A program made the translations under genes and the position numbers. From the IMG/VR virus record IMGVR_UViG_3300025848_000176, positions 1-24,928 of that record: a stretch of DNA of 24,928 nt, one strand, 5' to 3'. The number at the start of each line of letters is the position of its first letter. Within the stretch, counting starts at the first letter, position 1. Shown here one piece after another: positions 10,797-19,075 of the stretch. The notes under the pieces were generated by a model that saw only the letters and a list, made by a program, of their open reading frames with translations, made no database searches and had not been told where the DNA came from. This DNA comes from a virus (taxonomy: Duplodnaviria > Caudoviricetes).

Positions 10797-11209
10797 AAAC
10801 ACTTATAACTAATATCGTTTTGCTTTTAATTGCAATGATTTTGGCGGTGGTTTTATTTCCCTTTGGCTGGTTACATGGATTGTTTACTTTGCGTCTTAGT
10901 ATGGCACGTTTAAGCCACTATTTTTTGACTATTGCGCTAAGTATTGACCAAATGGGCAATGTTATTTTAGCACCTTTATTTAACGCTATAATGATTAAAC
11001 GAAATGGTTACAAGTTTGGCGACGAGGATGAAACAATAAGCTACGTTTTAGGTAGAAACCAAATAACCGAAACTTTGTCAAAATGTGGAAATTTACTTGC
11101 AAATTTATTAGACTGGATTGACGAAAACCATTGCGCTAAAACTGTTTTAATTGTTTGGCGTAAAGGAAAAAAATACTGTGGCGATAAACCATATTTGAAC
11201 AAATTTTAA
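10793..11209 (+). CDS. Phage membrane protein
   Basis: N-terminal hydrophobic helix followed by SIDQMGNV, FGDEDETISYVLG and LDWIDENHC, a motif set common in small phage membrane proteins near lysis genes. Confidence 0.65.
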   Translation: MKTLITNIVLLLIAMILAVVLFPFGWLHGLFTLRLSMARLSHYFLTIALSIDQMGNVILAPLFNAIMIKRNGYKFGDEDETISYVLGRNQITETLSKCGNLLANLLDWIDENHCAKTVLIVWRKGKKYCGDKPYLNKF

Positions 11210-11222
11210 TAGTTTTGCATAC

Positions 11223-11417
11223 ATGGACACAAACGTAAAAGATATATTAGTTACTAAGATTACAGGAGGGGGCACGTTCCTGTCGATTATCGTTGGCGAA
11301 ATTACCCAAGAAACGAATTTAAAATTAAGCGCGGTTTCTTACATTGTCGGGATTACTTTGGGAATTATAACGATTATAATCAAGTTAGTTGAAGCGTACA
11401 AAACCTTAAAAAAATAA
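11223..11417 (+). CDS. Putative holin-like membrane protein
   Basis: 64 aa with a hydrophobic helix (AVSYIVGITLGIITIIIKLV) and a basic C-terminus, upstream of the endolysin. Confidence 0.5.
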   Translation: MDTNVKDILVTKITGGGTFLSIIVGEITQETNLKLSAVSYIVGITLGIITIIIKLVEAYKTLKK

Positions 11418-11421
11418 AGCT

Positions 11422-11682
11422 ATGTTAAAAGATTTCTTATTAAAAATAAACCCAGTAGCCATAATTAAAGCACTTAAAAAAACTGATACCAACGTAATGG
11501 TAAAAGGAGTTACCCAAATGGGGGGCGGTGGAGTGTTGATTACTTCGGGTATTACGCTAATTACAGATGGAGCAATGAATAAGAGTTGGTACGAAATAGT
11601 AGGAGGTTGTGCCCTTATTATTGCTGGGGTTTACATTGCAAAAAATTTAACGGATAAAATCGAAAAATTACCAAAAGAATGA
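11422..11682 (+). CDS. Putative holin (2 TM)
   Basis: 86 aa with two hydrophobic segments (GVLITSGITLI; IVGGCALIIAGVYIA) and a charged C-terminus. Confidence 0.5.
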   Translation: MLKDFLLKINPVAIIKALKKTDTNVMVKGVTQMGGGGVLITSGITLITDGAMNKSWYEIVGGCALIIAGVYIAKNLTDKIEKLPKE

Positions 11683-12542
11683 TAATTCAAGAACGATTTG
11701 CGCAAGTATTTACAACTGTTGAACTTCCAACAGTTAAGGCAGTTAACGAGTTTAATGAGCCTTTTCGTTGCTGTGATACTAAGCGATTAGTTTTAGCGCA
11801 TTCAATCCAAAATGAAACGTGGAAAAACGATGTAACTAGCGCGTGGATTAAGTTAAGCGAAATTACTGATACTATCGAGTTTAAACTAACAAAAAACGGC
11901 GAAAATATAAGCTATACACCAACACCGATATTATTCCCAAGTGAAGATTTTGCTTGGTACACAACCATTCGTTGGCAAAATGTTTTAAATTCCGATGGTG
12001 CTGGGTGCTATAAATTGGAATTGCTTTATAATATTCAAGGTGTGGAGGGTGTGATTACATGGGGCATTTACGATTTAAAAGCTTATAGTTTAGAAACTGC
12101 TAAATATACGGCACGTTTAAGGGTTAAATTTAACCTTAACCAAACTATTGAGGGGATTAATTTCACAAACGCAAATGTTGAAGATACTATCCGTTTTAAT
12201 GGATTTATCGGTAACAGGCAACCGAATATGGAAATTGATAATTTAATTTATCAAGATAGAGTAATTAAATCCGTTGTTCGCGAAAACCTAAACACCTACG
12301 AAATTAAAACAGACCCTTATACTTCGCCTATTTTGGACCAGTTGAGCAATTTATATTTATTGTCTGAAAACGAATTGTACATTAGTGATTACAACGTTTT
12401 CAACAACTCGCATTCTATTTTGGATTTACCTGTAATTGTAACAGAGAGCCCCGAAATTGATTACTTAGAAGACTTCCAACGTAAAGCGGTGCTTACCTGT
12501 ACCGTTGGCGACAAAACCAATAATAAACGAACACATTATTAA
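11679..12542 (+). CDS. Hypothetical protein, probably virion structural
   Basis: 287-aa soluble, beta-rich ORF with an ATGA overlap to the previous gene. No catalytic motif recognised. Confidence 0.55.
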   Translation: MIIQERFAQVFTTVELPTVKAVNEFNEPFRCCDTKRLVLAHSIQNETWKNDVTSAWIKLSEITDTIEFKLTKNGENISYTPTPILFPSEDFAWYTTIRWQNVLNSDGAGCYKLELLYNIQGVEGVITWGIYDLKAYSLETAKYTARLRVKFNLNQTIEGINFTNANVEDTIRFNGFIGNRQPNMEIDNLIYQDRVIKSVVRENLNTYEIKTDPYTSPILDQLSNLYLLSENELYISDYNVFNNSHSILDLPVIVTESPEIDYLEDFQRKAVLTCTVGDKTNNKRTHY

Positions 12543-12544
12543 TT

Positions 12545-12991
12545 ATGAAACTAACAGCTAATTTTTCTTTAAAGGAGTTCATAGAGGGCGAAATGCCAAA
12601 GGAAGCAATTAAAATGAACTACGATTTATTAACTGATGAACAGCAAAAAAATATCGGCTTAATTGCGGTTGAATTACAAAAACTTAGAGATAAAACAAAG
12701 GCAGAATTTGGCTCTAAATTTACAGGGTTCAAAATTACATCAGGTTTGCGCCAAAAAGAGTGGGAATTAAAGCAAAAAAGGTCTGGAAATAGCCAACATA
12801 CTAAAGGGTGGGCGGTTGACTTTCAGCCAATTTGTGCAAAAGAAGATTATTTAATTATTTTCTACTGGGTATTTAAGCAACTTGAAAACTTCAATGGCGG
12901 TGTGGCACAAAAAAAGCCTGATCTACCTAAAGGAAAAAAGGGATTTATACATTTTGATTTGCGCGGTGTTCGTGCCCGTTGGGAGTATTAA
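12545..12991 (+). CDS. Endolysin, peptidase M15 family (Zn-dependent peptidase)
   Basis: MKLTANFSLKEF N-terminus, ITSGLR, the SQH..G.AVD Zn-binding motif and FIHFDLRG..ARW, all typical of Peptidase_M15_3 endolysins. Confidence 0.9.
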   Translation: MKLTANFSLKEFIEGEMPKEAIKMNYDLLTDEQQKNIGLIAVELQKLRDKTKAEFGSKFTGFKITSGLRQKEWELKQKRSGNSQHTKGWAVDFQPICAKEDYLIIFYWVFKQLENFNGGVAQKKPDLPKGKKGFIHFDLRGVRARWEY

Positions 12992-13013
12992 CTGTTAAAA
13001 TATTATAAAAATT

Positions 13014-13046
13014 AAGGTGTAGCATAAAAAACTACACTTTTTTTTT
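13014..13046 (+). terminator. Rho-independent terminator ending the late/lysis operon
   Basis: AAGGTGTAG (13014-13022) pairs with CTACACTTT (13032-13040), and the T run continues to 13046. Confidence 0.7.
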
Positions 13047-13058
13047 GCATTATGTTTT

Positions 13059-13086
13059 TTTATTCAAAATAACTTTATATATTTGT
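13059..13086 (+). promoter_or_regulatory. Conserved 28-bp phage promoter, copy 1
   Basis: TTTATTCAAA-ATAACTTT-ATATATTTGT. Contains the Bacteroidota -7 element TAnnTTTG (13078-13085) and is repeated at 18622 and 21561. Confidence 0.75.
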
Positions 13087-13128
13087 TTAAAGTTTAAAAC
13101 TAATAACTAACATTTAAAATAAAACGAC

Positions 13129-13548
13129 ATGGAAACTTTAAACACAAAACAACAAGAAATTTTAAAATTAGCTCAATTTGGTAAATGGGTAAAGTACCAA
13201 ATACAATTAAATCAAATAGCTTATACAAGTGAAGATTTAATTGCTATTTTGAAACATATTTCCGAAATGGAAAATGACAGAGGGGCTTGTTTTATTTTTA
13301 CCACGGATTACAAGCACGTTAATGTTTACAACATATCAGGATTTGCAATTTATTTAAACATAAATAAGTATGAAGAGTTTAAACATTTACCTTTTTTCGA
13401 TAAAAATAATGGTAAAGACATTACAACTTACCACACAGCTAAAAAAGAGTTGAAAATTAGATTAGCACAAATGTTAAGATTACCTATTTTTGGTAATGGA
13501 AATTTGTATAAAAAAACAAAATTAGAAATTAATAAATTAGTAGCATAA
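13129..13548 (+). CDS. Hypothetical early protein
   Basis: 139-aa ORF with an A-rich leader, downstream of promoter copy 1. Confidence 0.7.
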   Translation: METLNTKQQEILKLAQFGKWVKYQIQLNQIAYTSEDLIAILKHISEMENDRGACFIFTTDYKHVNVYNISGFAIYLNINKYEEFKHLPFFDKNNGKDITTYHTAKKELKIRLAQMLRLPIFGNGNLYKKTKLEINKLVA

Positions 13549-13557
13549 AACAAATAC

Positions 13558-13597
13558 ACCCTCCATGCCTCTCATGGAAGCACACTTGGGGGGTTTT
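13558..13597 (+). terminator. GC-rich intergenic hairpin, possible terminator/attenuator
   Basis: ACCCTCCA (13558-13565) can pair with TGGGGGGT (13587-13594), followed by TTT. An alternative helix TCCATG/CATGGA is also possible. Confidence 0.4.
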
Positions 13598-13627
13598 CTC
13601 TAATGTAAACAATTAAACCAAAATAGT

Positions 13628-14032
13628 ATGAAAACAGAAATCAAGATTACAGACCACTTAAAGCGCGAACATTTAGTAAGCTTTAATTTCACAGTTAGAA
13701 CCAACGGCTTTCAAAGTTGGAAGATTTACGCCGATGTAAGAAGCAACGGCGAACGTATAAGCTTTGAATATTTGGAGGGCAAAGAAACCATTGATTGGCT
13801 TATGGAAATAAAAGGCTCAAATCATAAGGCAGATTTTTTAGCTACTAATTTACGTGTAAAAGAGCACCAGTTAATCTACTCATGGCTTAGTGACTTTCCG
13901 CGTTGGCACGTAATCGACGCAATAAGCAAGGAAGTGCTAACAGAAGAACGCACATATTCACAGGCTGAGGATATGGCGGAAAGTTTCTATTTTGTTGAAA
14001 ATGTTAAAATAGTTGACACATGGAGCTTATAA
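13628..14032 (+). CDS. Hypothetical protein
   Basis: 134-aa ORF with an A-rich leader, overlapping the next gene. Confidence 0.7.
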   Translation: MKTEIKITDHLKREHLVSFNFTVRTNGFQSWKIYADVRSNGERISFEYLEGKETIDWLMEIKGSNHKADFLATNLRVKEHQLIYSWLSDFPRWHVIDAISKEVLTEERTYSQAEDMAESFYFVENVKIVDTWSL

Positions 14033-14343
14033 GTCCACAAATGTACGTAGGTTTAAAATTTAAGCCTAAGTACAACCATTTAGCGCACATTATGAACGTA
14101 GTTTGCCACTCCTTGAAACTAAATAAAAAGGAAGTAATGGGAAAAACAAGATTTGAACATTTAGTACGTGCAAGGCAAATTTACTGTTATGTTGCAAGGC
14201 AAAATGGATTTACTTTTGATGTTATCGGTAAGTATATTAAACGCGACCATGCAACAGTTATTTATGGATGCAAACTTGTAAAAAATAGACAATTTGACTT
14301 CAAAATGTTAGATGATTTTAACAAAGTAATTGAAAATTTATAA
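14020..14343 (+). CDS. DnaA domain IV (Bac_DnaA_C)-like HTH protein
   Basis: GKTR...LVRARQIYCYVAR...TFDVIGKYIKRDHATVIYG matches the DnaA C-terminal signature (R..ARQ..MY..R; IG..F.RDHxTV..). Confidence 0.8.
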   Translation: MELISPQMYVGLKFKPKYNHLAHIMNVVCHSLKLNKKEVMGKTRFEHLVRARQIYCYVARQNGFTFDVIGKYIKRDHATVIYGCKLVKNRQFDFKMLDDFNKVIENL

Positions 14344-14346
14344 CTT

Positions 14347-14571
14347 ATGGAAATAACGTTTAAAGAGTTAAAAAGCTACGGTGTAAAGTCAAAGGTGCTT
14401 AATGATATTTTACGCTGGGAGAACCAAAATAACAACGGTGTAATTAGAAGCACATTTAATCGCGAATTATATTTAAAAATCTTAAAATTAAAAAACGATG
14501 CTAAAGCAATTGATCAAGGTACAAGATTTTGTGAAAAAATCATTGGAAACATACCCAAAACTAAGGGATAA
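14347..14571 (+). CDS. Hypothetical protein
   Basis: 74-aa ORF that starts 3 nt after the previous stop and overlaps the next ORF by 74 nt. Confidence 0.5.
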   Translation: MEITFKELKSYGVKSKVLNDILRWENQNNNGVIRSTFNRELYLKILKLKNDAKAIDQGTRFCEKIIGNIPKTKG

Positions 14572-14800
14572 TGATGTGCGCCTAGTGGCTACTTACTACT
14601 ATAATAACATCCCTAATATTAACGAAATGAGTGCTATCGAGTTTTTGGAGGTAATGGTAAACGGTAAATTTGCAAGTCCCGACACAATCACTCGAGCCAG
14701 AAGAAAAATACAGGAAAAACACCCCGAATTACGTGGGGTTAAGTACGAGGAAAAGCAAAAGTTTGAAAAACAAGTACGCGAAAATATTAATAAGGTATGA
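14498..14800 (+). CDS. Hypothetical phage protein
   Basis: 100 aa containing LRDND..L and SPDTITRARRKIQEKHPELRG, with an ATGA overlap to the next gene. Confidence 0.7.
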   Translation: MLKQLIKVQDFVKKSLETYPKLRDNDVRLVATYYYNNIPNINEMSAIEFLEVMVNGKFASPDTITRARRKIQEKHPELRGVKYEEKQKFEKQVRENINKV

Positions 14801-15039
14801 TTTACAAGCGAAAAAAAGAAGATTGGAGCGAACAAATTGTCGAAGTTGAAGCGTTTTTTAGCACCGTACCTTTGCCAAAAATACCTATTAAGCTAAATGA
14901 AGCAACTACCATACTAGATTGTAAAAGATTTATTGAAAATCATTTAGGAATTGTTAAAGCAAACGAGGGTAAGACAAGATTTAAACCGTATTTAGAACGA
15001 TTACAGACACTAAAAAATGTATTAGAATGCAAACACTAG
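14797..15039 (+). CDS. Hypothetical protein
   Basis: 80-aa ORF translationally coupled to the upstream gene. Confidence 0.65.
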   Translation: MIYKRKKEDWSEQIVEVEAFFSTVPLPKIPIKLNEATTILDCKRFIENHLGIVKANEGKTRFKPYLERLQTLKNVLECKH

Positions 15040-15176
15040 ATTTAATAAAAGTAAGCAACTACGCAAAAAAAATAGGCAAGAGTGTAACATGGGTTTACAA
15101 ACTTGCTAAAGCTGGAAAAATTGAAATTGTCGAAATCGACGGAGTTAAATTTGTAAAGGAAAAAGAAAAAGATTAA
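15027..15176 (+). CDS. Unannotated 49-aa Xis/HTH-like DNA-binding protein
   Basis: My translation is MQTLDLIKVSNYAKKIGKSVTWVYKLAKAGKIEIVEIDGVKFVKEKEKD*. The YAKKIG.S..WVY....GKI...IDG pattern suggests a winged HTH. Confidence 0.7.
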   Translation: MQTLDLIKVSNYAKKIGKSVTWVYKLAKAGKIEIVEIDGVKFVKEKEKD

Positions 15177-15187
15177 GAATTATTTTG

Positions 15188-15195
15188 TATATTTG
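15188..15195 (+). promoter_or_regulatory. Bacteroidota-type -7 promoter element
   Basis: TATATTTG matches TAnnTTTG and lies just before a structured leader and the replication genes. Confidence 0.55.
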
Positions 15196-15203
15196 CATTT
15201 GTC

Positions 15204-15295
15204 TTAAATGAAGTCGGAAATCATTTAAAAAATTTATTGTAAAAACCTATCAAAAGATGCCTGTCCGACTTGGCTATTTTGTATAGGTTTTTTTT
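15204..15295 (+). ncRNA. Putative structured leader RNA: two hairpins with complementary loops, the second terminator-like
   Basis: Stem 1 is TTAAATGA/TCATTTAA with loop AGTCGGAAA. Stem 2 is AAAAACCTAT-CAAAA..GCC / GGC..TTTTG-T-ATAGGTTTTT with loop TGTCCGACTT. AGTCGGA is the reverse complement of TCCGACT, and a T tract follows. Confidence 0.55.
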
Positions 15296-15337
15296 ATTTA
15301 AAATTTTGCTTGTTTTTTTAAAAACATTCACAAAATC

Positions 15338-15571
15338 ATGGCAAAAGTAAAAACAATTTTTGTAGGTGCGAATGATAGTAACACCAATTTTAGCGAATTA
15401 GAATGTTATTTTGAACATTATTCAAATAACATTATTATTACTATTTTAGATGTTGCCAAAAGCGAATTTCCAATTTCTATTGAATTGGATAAATCAACAG
15501 CTGTAAGGTTATCAAAGGAATTAAGAAGACAAATCGCTTTAATTCAAGGAGAGGAGATTAACAATGGCTAA
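15338..15571 (+). CDS. Hypothetical protein
   Basis: 77-aa ORF overlapping the initiator start. Confidence 0.7.
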   Translation: MAKVKTIFVGANDSNTNFSELECYFEHYSNNIIITILDVAKSEFPISIELDKSTAVRLSKELRRQIALIQGEEINNG

Positions 15572-16313
15572 AGAATTACCTTATTTTAAGTTTGAGCCCA
15601 ACGAATGGGAAAACGGAAATATTCAAATGTTATCGAGAGAGGATAAAGGTTTGTTTATTGATTTATGTTCAATGTATTGGAGTAGGCTCGGAGATGTACC
15701 ATTAAAATTAGCAATACAAAAGTTATGCGGTGGCAATGCGACCGCATTATTGTCGCTTTGCGAAGAAAAAATAATAGATGTAATTGATGATTATATTTTT
15801 ATAAAATTTCTATCTGAACAGTTAGGCGAATTTGAAGAAGTAAGCAAAAGAAAGAGTAAAAACGCTTTAGATGGATGGAAAAAACGTAATGAATTAAAGG
15901 GTTTAAGCGACCGCAATGCGACCGCATCAATATCGCAATGCGAAAACGATGCTATAAGAGAAGATAAGATAAGAGAAGATAATATAATATTAAAAAAAGA
16001 AAAAGTAAAAAAAGAAAGTGCAAGCACTTTGGATTGGGATAAATTTTTGGCTTTTTTTAATCAAACATTTAATAAGCGTGTAACAGTATTTGATACTTCG
16101 ATTAAAAACAAATATAGTGCAAGGATTAAAAGTGGTTATACTAAAGAAAATATTATTGATGCAATGATAACAGTCAGTAAAGATAGTTTTCATGTAGAAA
16201 CTAATTTTAAACATATTGGTTTAGATTTCTTCGCAAGACCTGACAAACTAAGCAAGTATAGTTTTAAAAGCGAAAAAAAAGCAGTTACTAACAATTATAA
16301 CGGTACATTATGA
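15564..16313 (+). CDS. Phage replication initiator (DUF1376/YdaU-like N-terminus)
   Basis: LPYFKFEPNEW..G.IQ.LS.E.KG.FIDL....W N-terminus, a low-complexity linker with internal DNA repeats, and direct coupling to DnaB. Confidence 0.75.
   Translation: MAKELPYFKFEPNEWENGNIQMLSREDKGLFIDLCSMYWSRLGDVPLKLAIQKLCGGNATALLSLCEEKIIDVIDDYIFIKFLSEQLGEFEEVSKRKSKNALDGWKKRNELKGLSDRNATASISQCENDAIREDKIREDNIILKKEKVKKESASTLDWDKFLAFFNQTFNKRVTVFDTSIKNKYSARIKSGYTKENIIDAMITVSKDSFHVETNFKHIGLDFFARPDKLSKYSFKSEKKAVTNNYNGTL
15733..15990 (+). repeat. Iteron-like repeats inside the initiator gene (candidate origin)
   Basis: GCAATGCGACCGCAT at 15733-15747 and 15913-15927, related units GCGACCGCA (15907), TCGCTTTGCGA (15753) and TCGCAATGCGA (15933), then ATAAGAGAAGATAA twice and an A-rich tract. 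Confidence 0.55.
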
Positions 16314-17662
16314 TAGACATTAGAGATAAGGTTTTTGGAGTTTTACTTAATTTAGATAAAAACCAGCAAAACGAGTTTGTAAATAATTTGCGTCCTGAGT
16401 GGTTCGATAGTCGCTTTCATGTAGCTATTTTAAAAGGGGTACAAGCGATTAAAAACGAAAATAGGTATATTGACTTACCGAGTTTAATTAAATGGCTTAG
16501 AGAGGCTAATTTGCTCGAAAAGGATTTTATGGTGCGATTGACTACTTTAATAGCAAATGCAGACTTAACAGAAATATTAAGCAAAAATTCTATTTTAAAC
16601 CAATGTGCATACGAATATTCCATTAAAAAAGTGGCTTTAATGGTTAATAACGTTAATGTTGAAATCACAAAAGACCAGCCGAGCCAAACGCGAATATTGG
16701 AAGAGCTGGAAAAAGTTAAAAATTTGTTTACTGAGAATACAAAAAAGGAGGTAAGCAATGAAGAAAGTATTGATTACATACTAGAGAAGCACCTACAAGC
16801 AAAACAAGGGGTTGTTTTAGGCTTAGAATTGGGGTGGAAATGCTTACATAAGGAAGTGATTTTAGAAAATGATGATGTTATGATAGTAGGAGGTCGTCCT
16901 GCAATGGGTAAAACAGCGTGGGCAATTTCATTAATGAAAAATATTTGCTTTGAGCAGAACAAAGTAATGGTATTTTTTAGCCTTGAAATGGCGCACGATA
17001 GGATATTAAGAAGATTGATATCTAATGTTACTGGTGTAGATAGCAACAAGATTAAATATGGAACATGTGAAGACCACGAAATAAGAAAAATATTAAATTT
17101 CAAGGCTGATGAAAGGTTGAAAAATATAATAATATTCGACGGCTCACATACGACTAAGGACATTGAAAATAAACTACAAAGTGTTAAAAATAGAGGTTTA
17201 GAGGTTGATGTTTTTGTAGTTGATTACATACAGAAAATACTACCTGAAAAATCCGACAATAGGTATCAGGAAGTTACGCGAATATCCAACGATATTAAAC
17301 GAATAGTAATGGCTCACAGAATACCGACTATTTGTTTGGCACAACTATCAAGAGATGCGGGAAAAACTGGTAAGCGTCCAACTTTGCCCGATTTAAAAGA
17401 GAGTGGAGAAATTGAACAGGATGCTAGTATTGTCGCATTTTTGCACCGTCCCGAGTATTATGGGGTTATGGAAGACGAAAATGGTAATAGTTTGGAGGGT
17501 GTTGGTGAATTTCTAGTAGCTAAGAATAGAGATGGCGCAATCGGTGTACATACAATGGATGTTAAGTTGGAAACAAGCGAATGGAACGACTTAACGGATC
17601 GACTGCAAGAACTACGAACAGAGCCTAAATATGCTAACTTTACGCAAAATTTACCTTTTTAA
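16310..17662 (+). CDS. dnaB: Replicative DNA helicase, DnaB family
   Basis: Walker A GGRPAMGKT plus FSLEM, VDYIQ, LAQLSR, DLKESGEIEQDA and KNRDG motifs. Confidence 0.95.
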   Translation: MIDIRDKVFGVLLNLDKNQQNEFVNNLRPEWFDSRFHVAILKGVQAIKNENRYIDLPSLIKWLREANLLEKDFMVRLTTLIANADLTEILSKNSILNQCAYEYSIKKVALMVNNVNVEITKDQPSQTRILEELEKVKNLFTENTKKEVSNEESIDYILEKHLQAKQGVVLGLELGWKCLHKEVILENDDVMIVGGRPAMGKTAWAISLMKNICFEQNKVMVFFSLEMAHDRILRRLISNVTGVDSNKIKYGTCEDHEIRKILNFKADERLKNIIIFDGSHTTKDIENKLQSVKNRGLEVDVFVVDYIQKILPEKSDNRYQEVTRISNDIKRIVMAHRIPTICLAQLSRDAGKTGKRPTLPDLKESGEIEQDASIVAFLHRPEYYGVMEDENGNSLEGVGEFLVAKNRDGAIGVHTMDVKLETSEWNDLTDRLQELRTEPKYANFTQNLPF

Positions 17663-17670
17663 AAATAATT

Positions 17671-18216
17671 ATGAAGAAATGTAAAGTATGCAGTAAGGAG
17701 TTTGAGCCTTACAGGAGTACACAAAAAGTATGTAGTTTTGAGTGTGCAATAATTTTAACCAATTCCGAAACGCAACGTAACTTTAAAAAAAAGGTTGCTT
17801 TTGAACGTAAAAAATTTAACTACGAAAATTTAACTTTGTCGGATTGGAAGAAAAAAGTGCAAACCATTTTTAATAAATACATTCGATTAAGGGATGTAAA
17901 CAAAGGCTGTGTAAGTTGTGGTGTGCCATTGCAAAACCGAAAATTTGACGCTGGTCATTTCTACCCTAGTACATACGAGGGATTAAGGTTTAATGAATTA
18001 AACGTGCATGGGCAATGTGTACCATGCAACCGAGAAAAACACGGTAATTTGCACGAATATCGGAAACGAATATTAACGCGAATTAATCAAGAAGATTTAG
18101 ATTGGTTGGATGCTAATCGAAATACAAAGCTAAAATTAAGCAAAAACGAATTAGAGGACTTATTTATTCACTATACTAACAAAGTAAAAAATGAACAACT
18201 TAAACAAAACGATTGA
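17671..18216 (+). CDS. ninG: NinG/Rap-like recombination endonuclease
   Basis: CKVC..F......QKVCS..CA N-terminus, FN.YIRLRD...CVSCG, DAGHF and LRF.E.NVHGQC..CN motifs. Confidence 0.88.
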   Translation: MKKCKVCSKEFEPYRSTQKVCSFECAIILTNSETQRNFKKKVAFERKKFNYENLTLSDWKKKVQTIFNKYIRLRDVNKGCVSCGVPLQNRKFDAGHFYPSTYEGLRFNELNVHGQCVPCNREKHGNLHEYRKRILTRINQEDLDWLDANRNTKLKLSKNELEDLFIHYTNKVKNEQLKQND

Positions 18217-18613
18217 AGAAATTAACGGAATTATAGAATGGTATCATGATCTGCCTATGGATTACAACGGAATAAATGAGATAATGTTCCAGCGCATCCA
18301 ACTTATAACACATTTAGCTTTTTACAGCTCCGAAATGAGCGAAGCGCGTATAAGGTGGAAAAATGCAGAAGCCGAAACCGAACGTGTAAGGCGCACTGAA
18401 ACCAAAAAAGCAATGAGTTTGAATTTACCAATGGCAAAGGCTGTTGAAATAGGTAAATTTGAGAGTATAGAAGAATATGCAAACGAAAAGCAATGGGATG
18501 GTGTATATTACCAAATGCGAACTTTTTTCGATGTATGCAACGGTATTGTAGACGCAATGAACCAACACATATCTAATTTAAAAAGAGAAGAAAATCAACA
18601 AAAAAGTGTATAA
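18191..18613 (+). CDS. Hypothetical helical protein
   Basis: 140-aa ORF overlapping the end of ninG. Confidence 0.7.
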   Translation: MNNLNKTIEEINGIIEWYHDLPMDYNGINEIMFQRIQLITHLAFYSSEMSEARIRWKNAEAETERVRRTETKKAMSLNLPMAKAVEIGKFESIEEYANEKQWDGVYYQMRTFFDVCNGIVDAMNQHISNLKREENQQKSV

Positions 18614-18621
18614 TATTTTTT

Positions 18622-18649
18622 TTTATTCAAATTAATTTTATATATTTGT
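18622..18649 (+). promoter_or_regulatory. Conserved 28-bp phage promoter, copy 2
   Basis: TTTATTCAAA-TTAATTTT-ATATATTTGT, upstream of the recombination genes. Confidence 0.75.
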
Positions 18650-18678
18650 AAATAATTAATAACTAAAACAAAACAATT

Positions 18679-19074
18679 ATGGAAAATTTAATTCAATTTT
18701 TAGACTTTAGTAAAAGTCGTTTTTCAGGAAAAGCAGGACTTGGAGAAAGTGAATTTTCGGTTTACTATTCAAACCTAAACCAAAACAAAAACTACTGCGT
18801 GACATTTGGGAAAAAATGTAAAGAAGCAAAACAATTTATAAAAGTTGGTTATTTTGCTAACTTTATTGTTTTTCAATTTTTTGACCAAATGGAAAAAGGA
18901 TGCATAAAAGGGCATTTATCAGGGAAAGATAAAACTTGCGTTACATTTACGTCAAAAGATTTGGTTGAATTTATTTTAAATAAATTTGGCGAAAAAGTTG
19001 AAGAGAAAACAAAAAAACGTTTTGTTTATCAGTATGAAAAAAGCGGAGAATATTTAATTGTAAAAATTAACTAA
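18679..19074 (+). CDS. Hypothetical protein
   Basis: 131-aa ORF following promoter copy 2. Confidence 0.7.
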   Translation: MENLIQFLDFSKSRFSGKAGLGESEFSVYYSNLNQNKNYCVTFGKKCKEAKQFIKVGYFANFIVFQFFDQMEKGCIKGHLSGKDKTCVTFTSKDLVEFILNKFGEKVEEKTKKRFVYQYEKSGEYLIVKIN

Positions 19075-19075
19075 A

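Noticed and set aside
12992-15337. tRNA genes in the intergenic gaps
   Set aside because: No cloverleaf or T-loop GTTCRA signature with matching stems was found.
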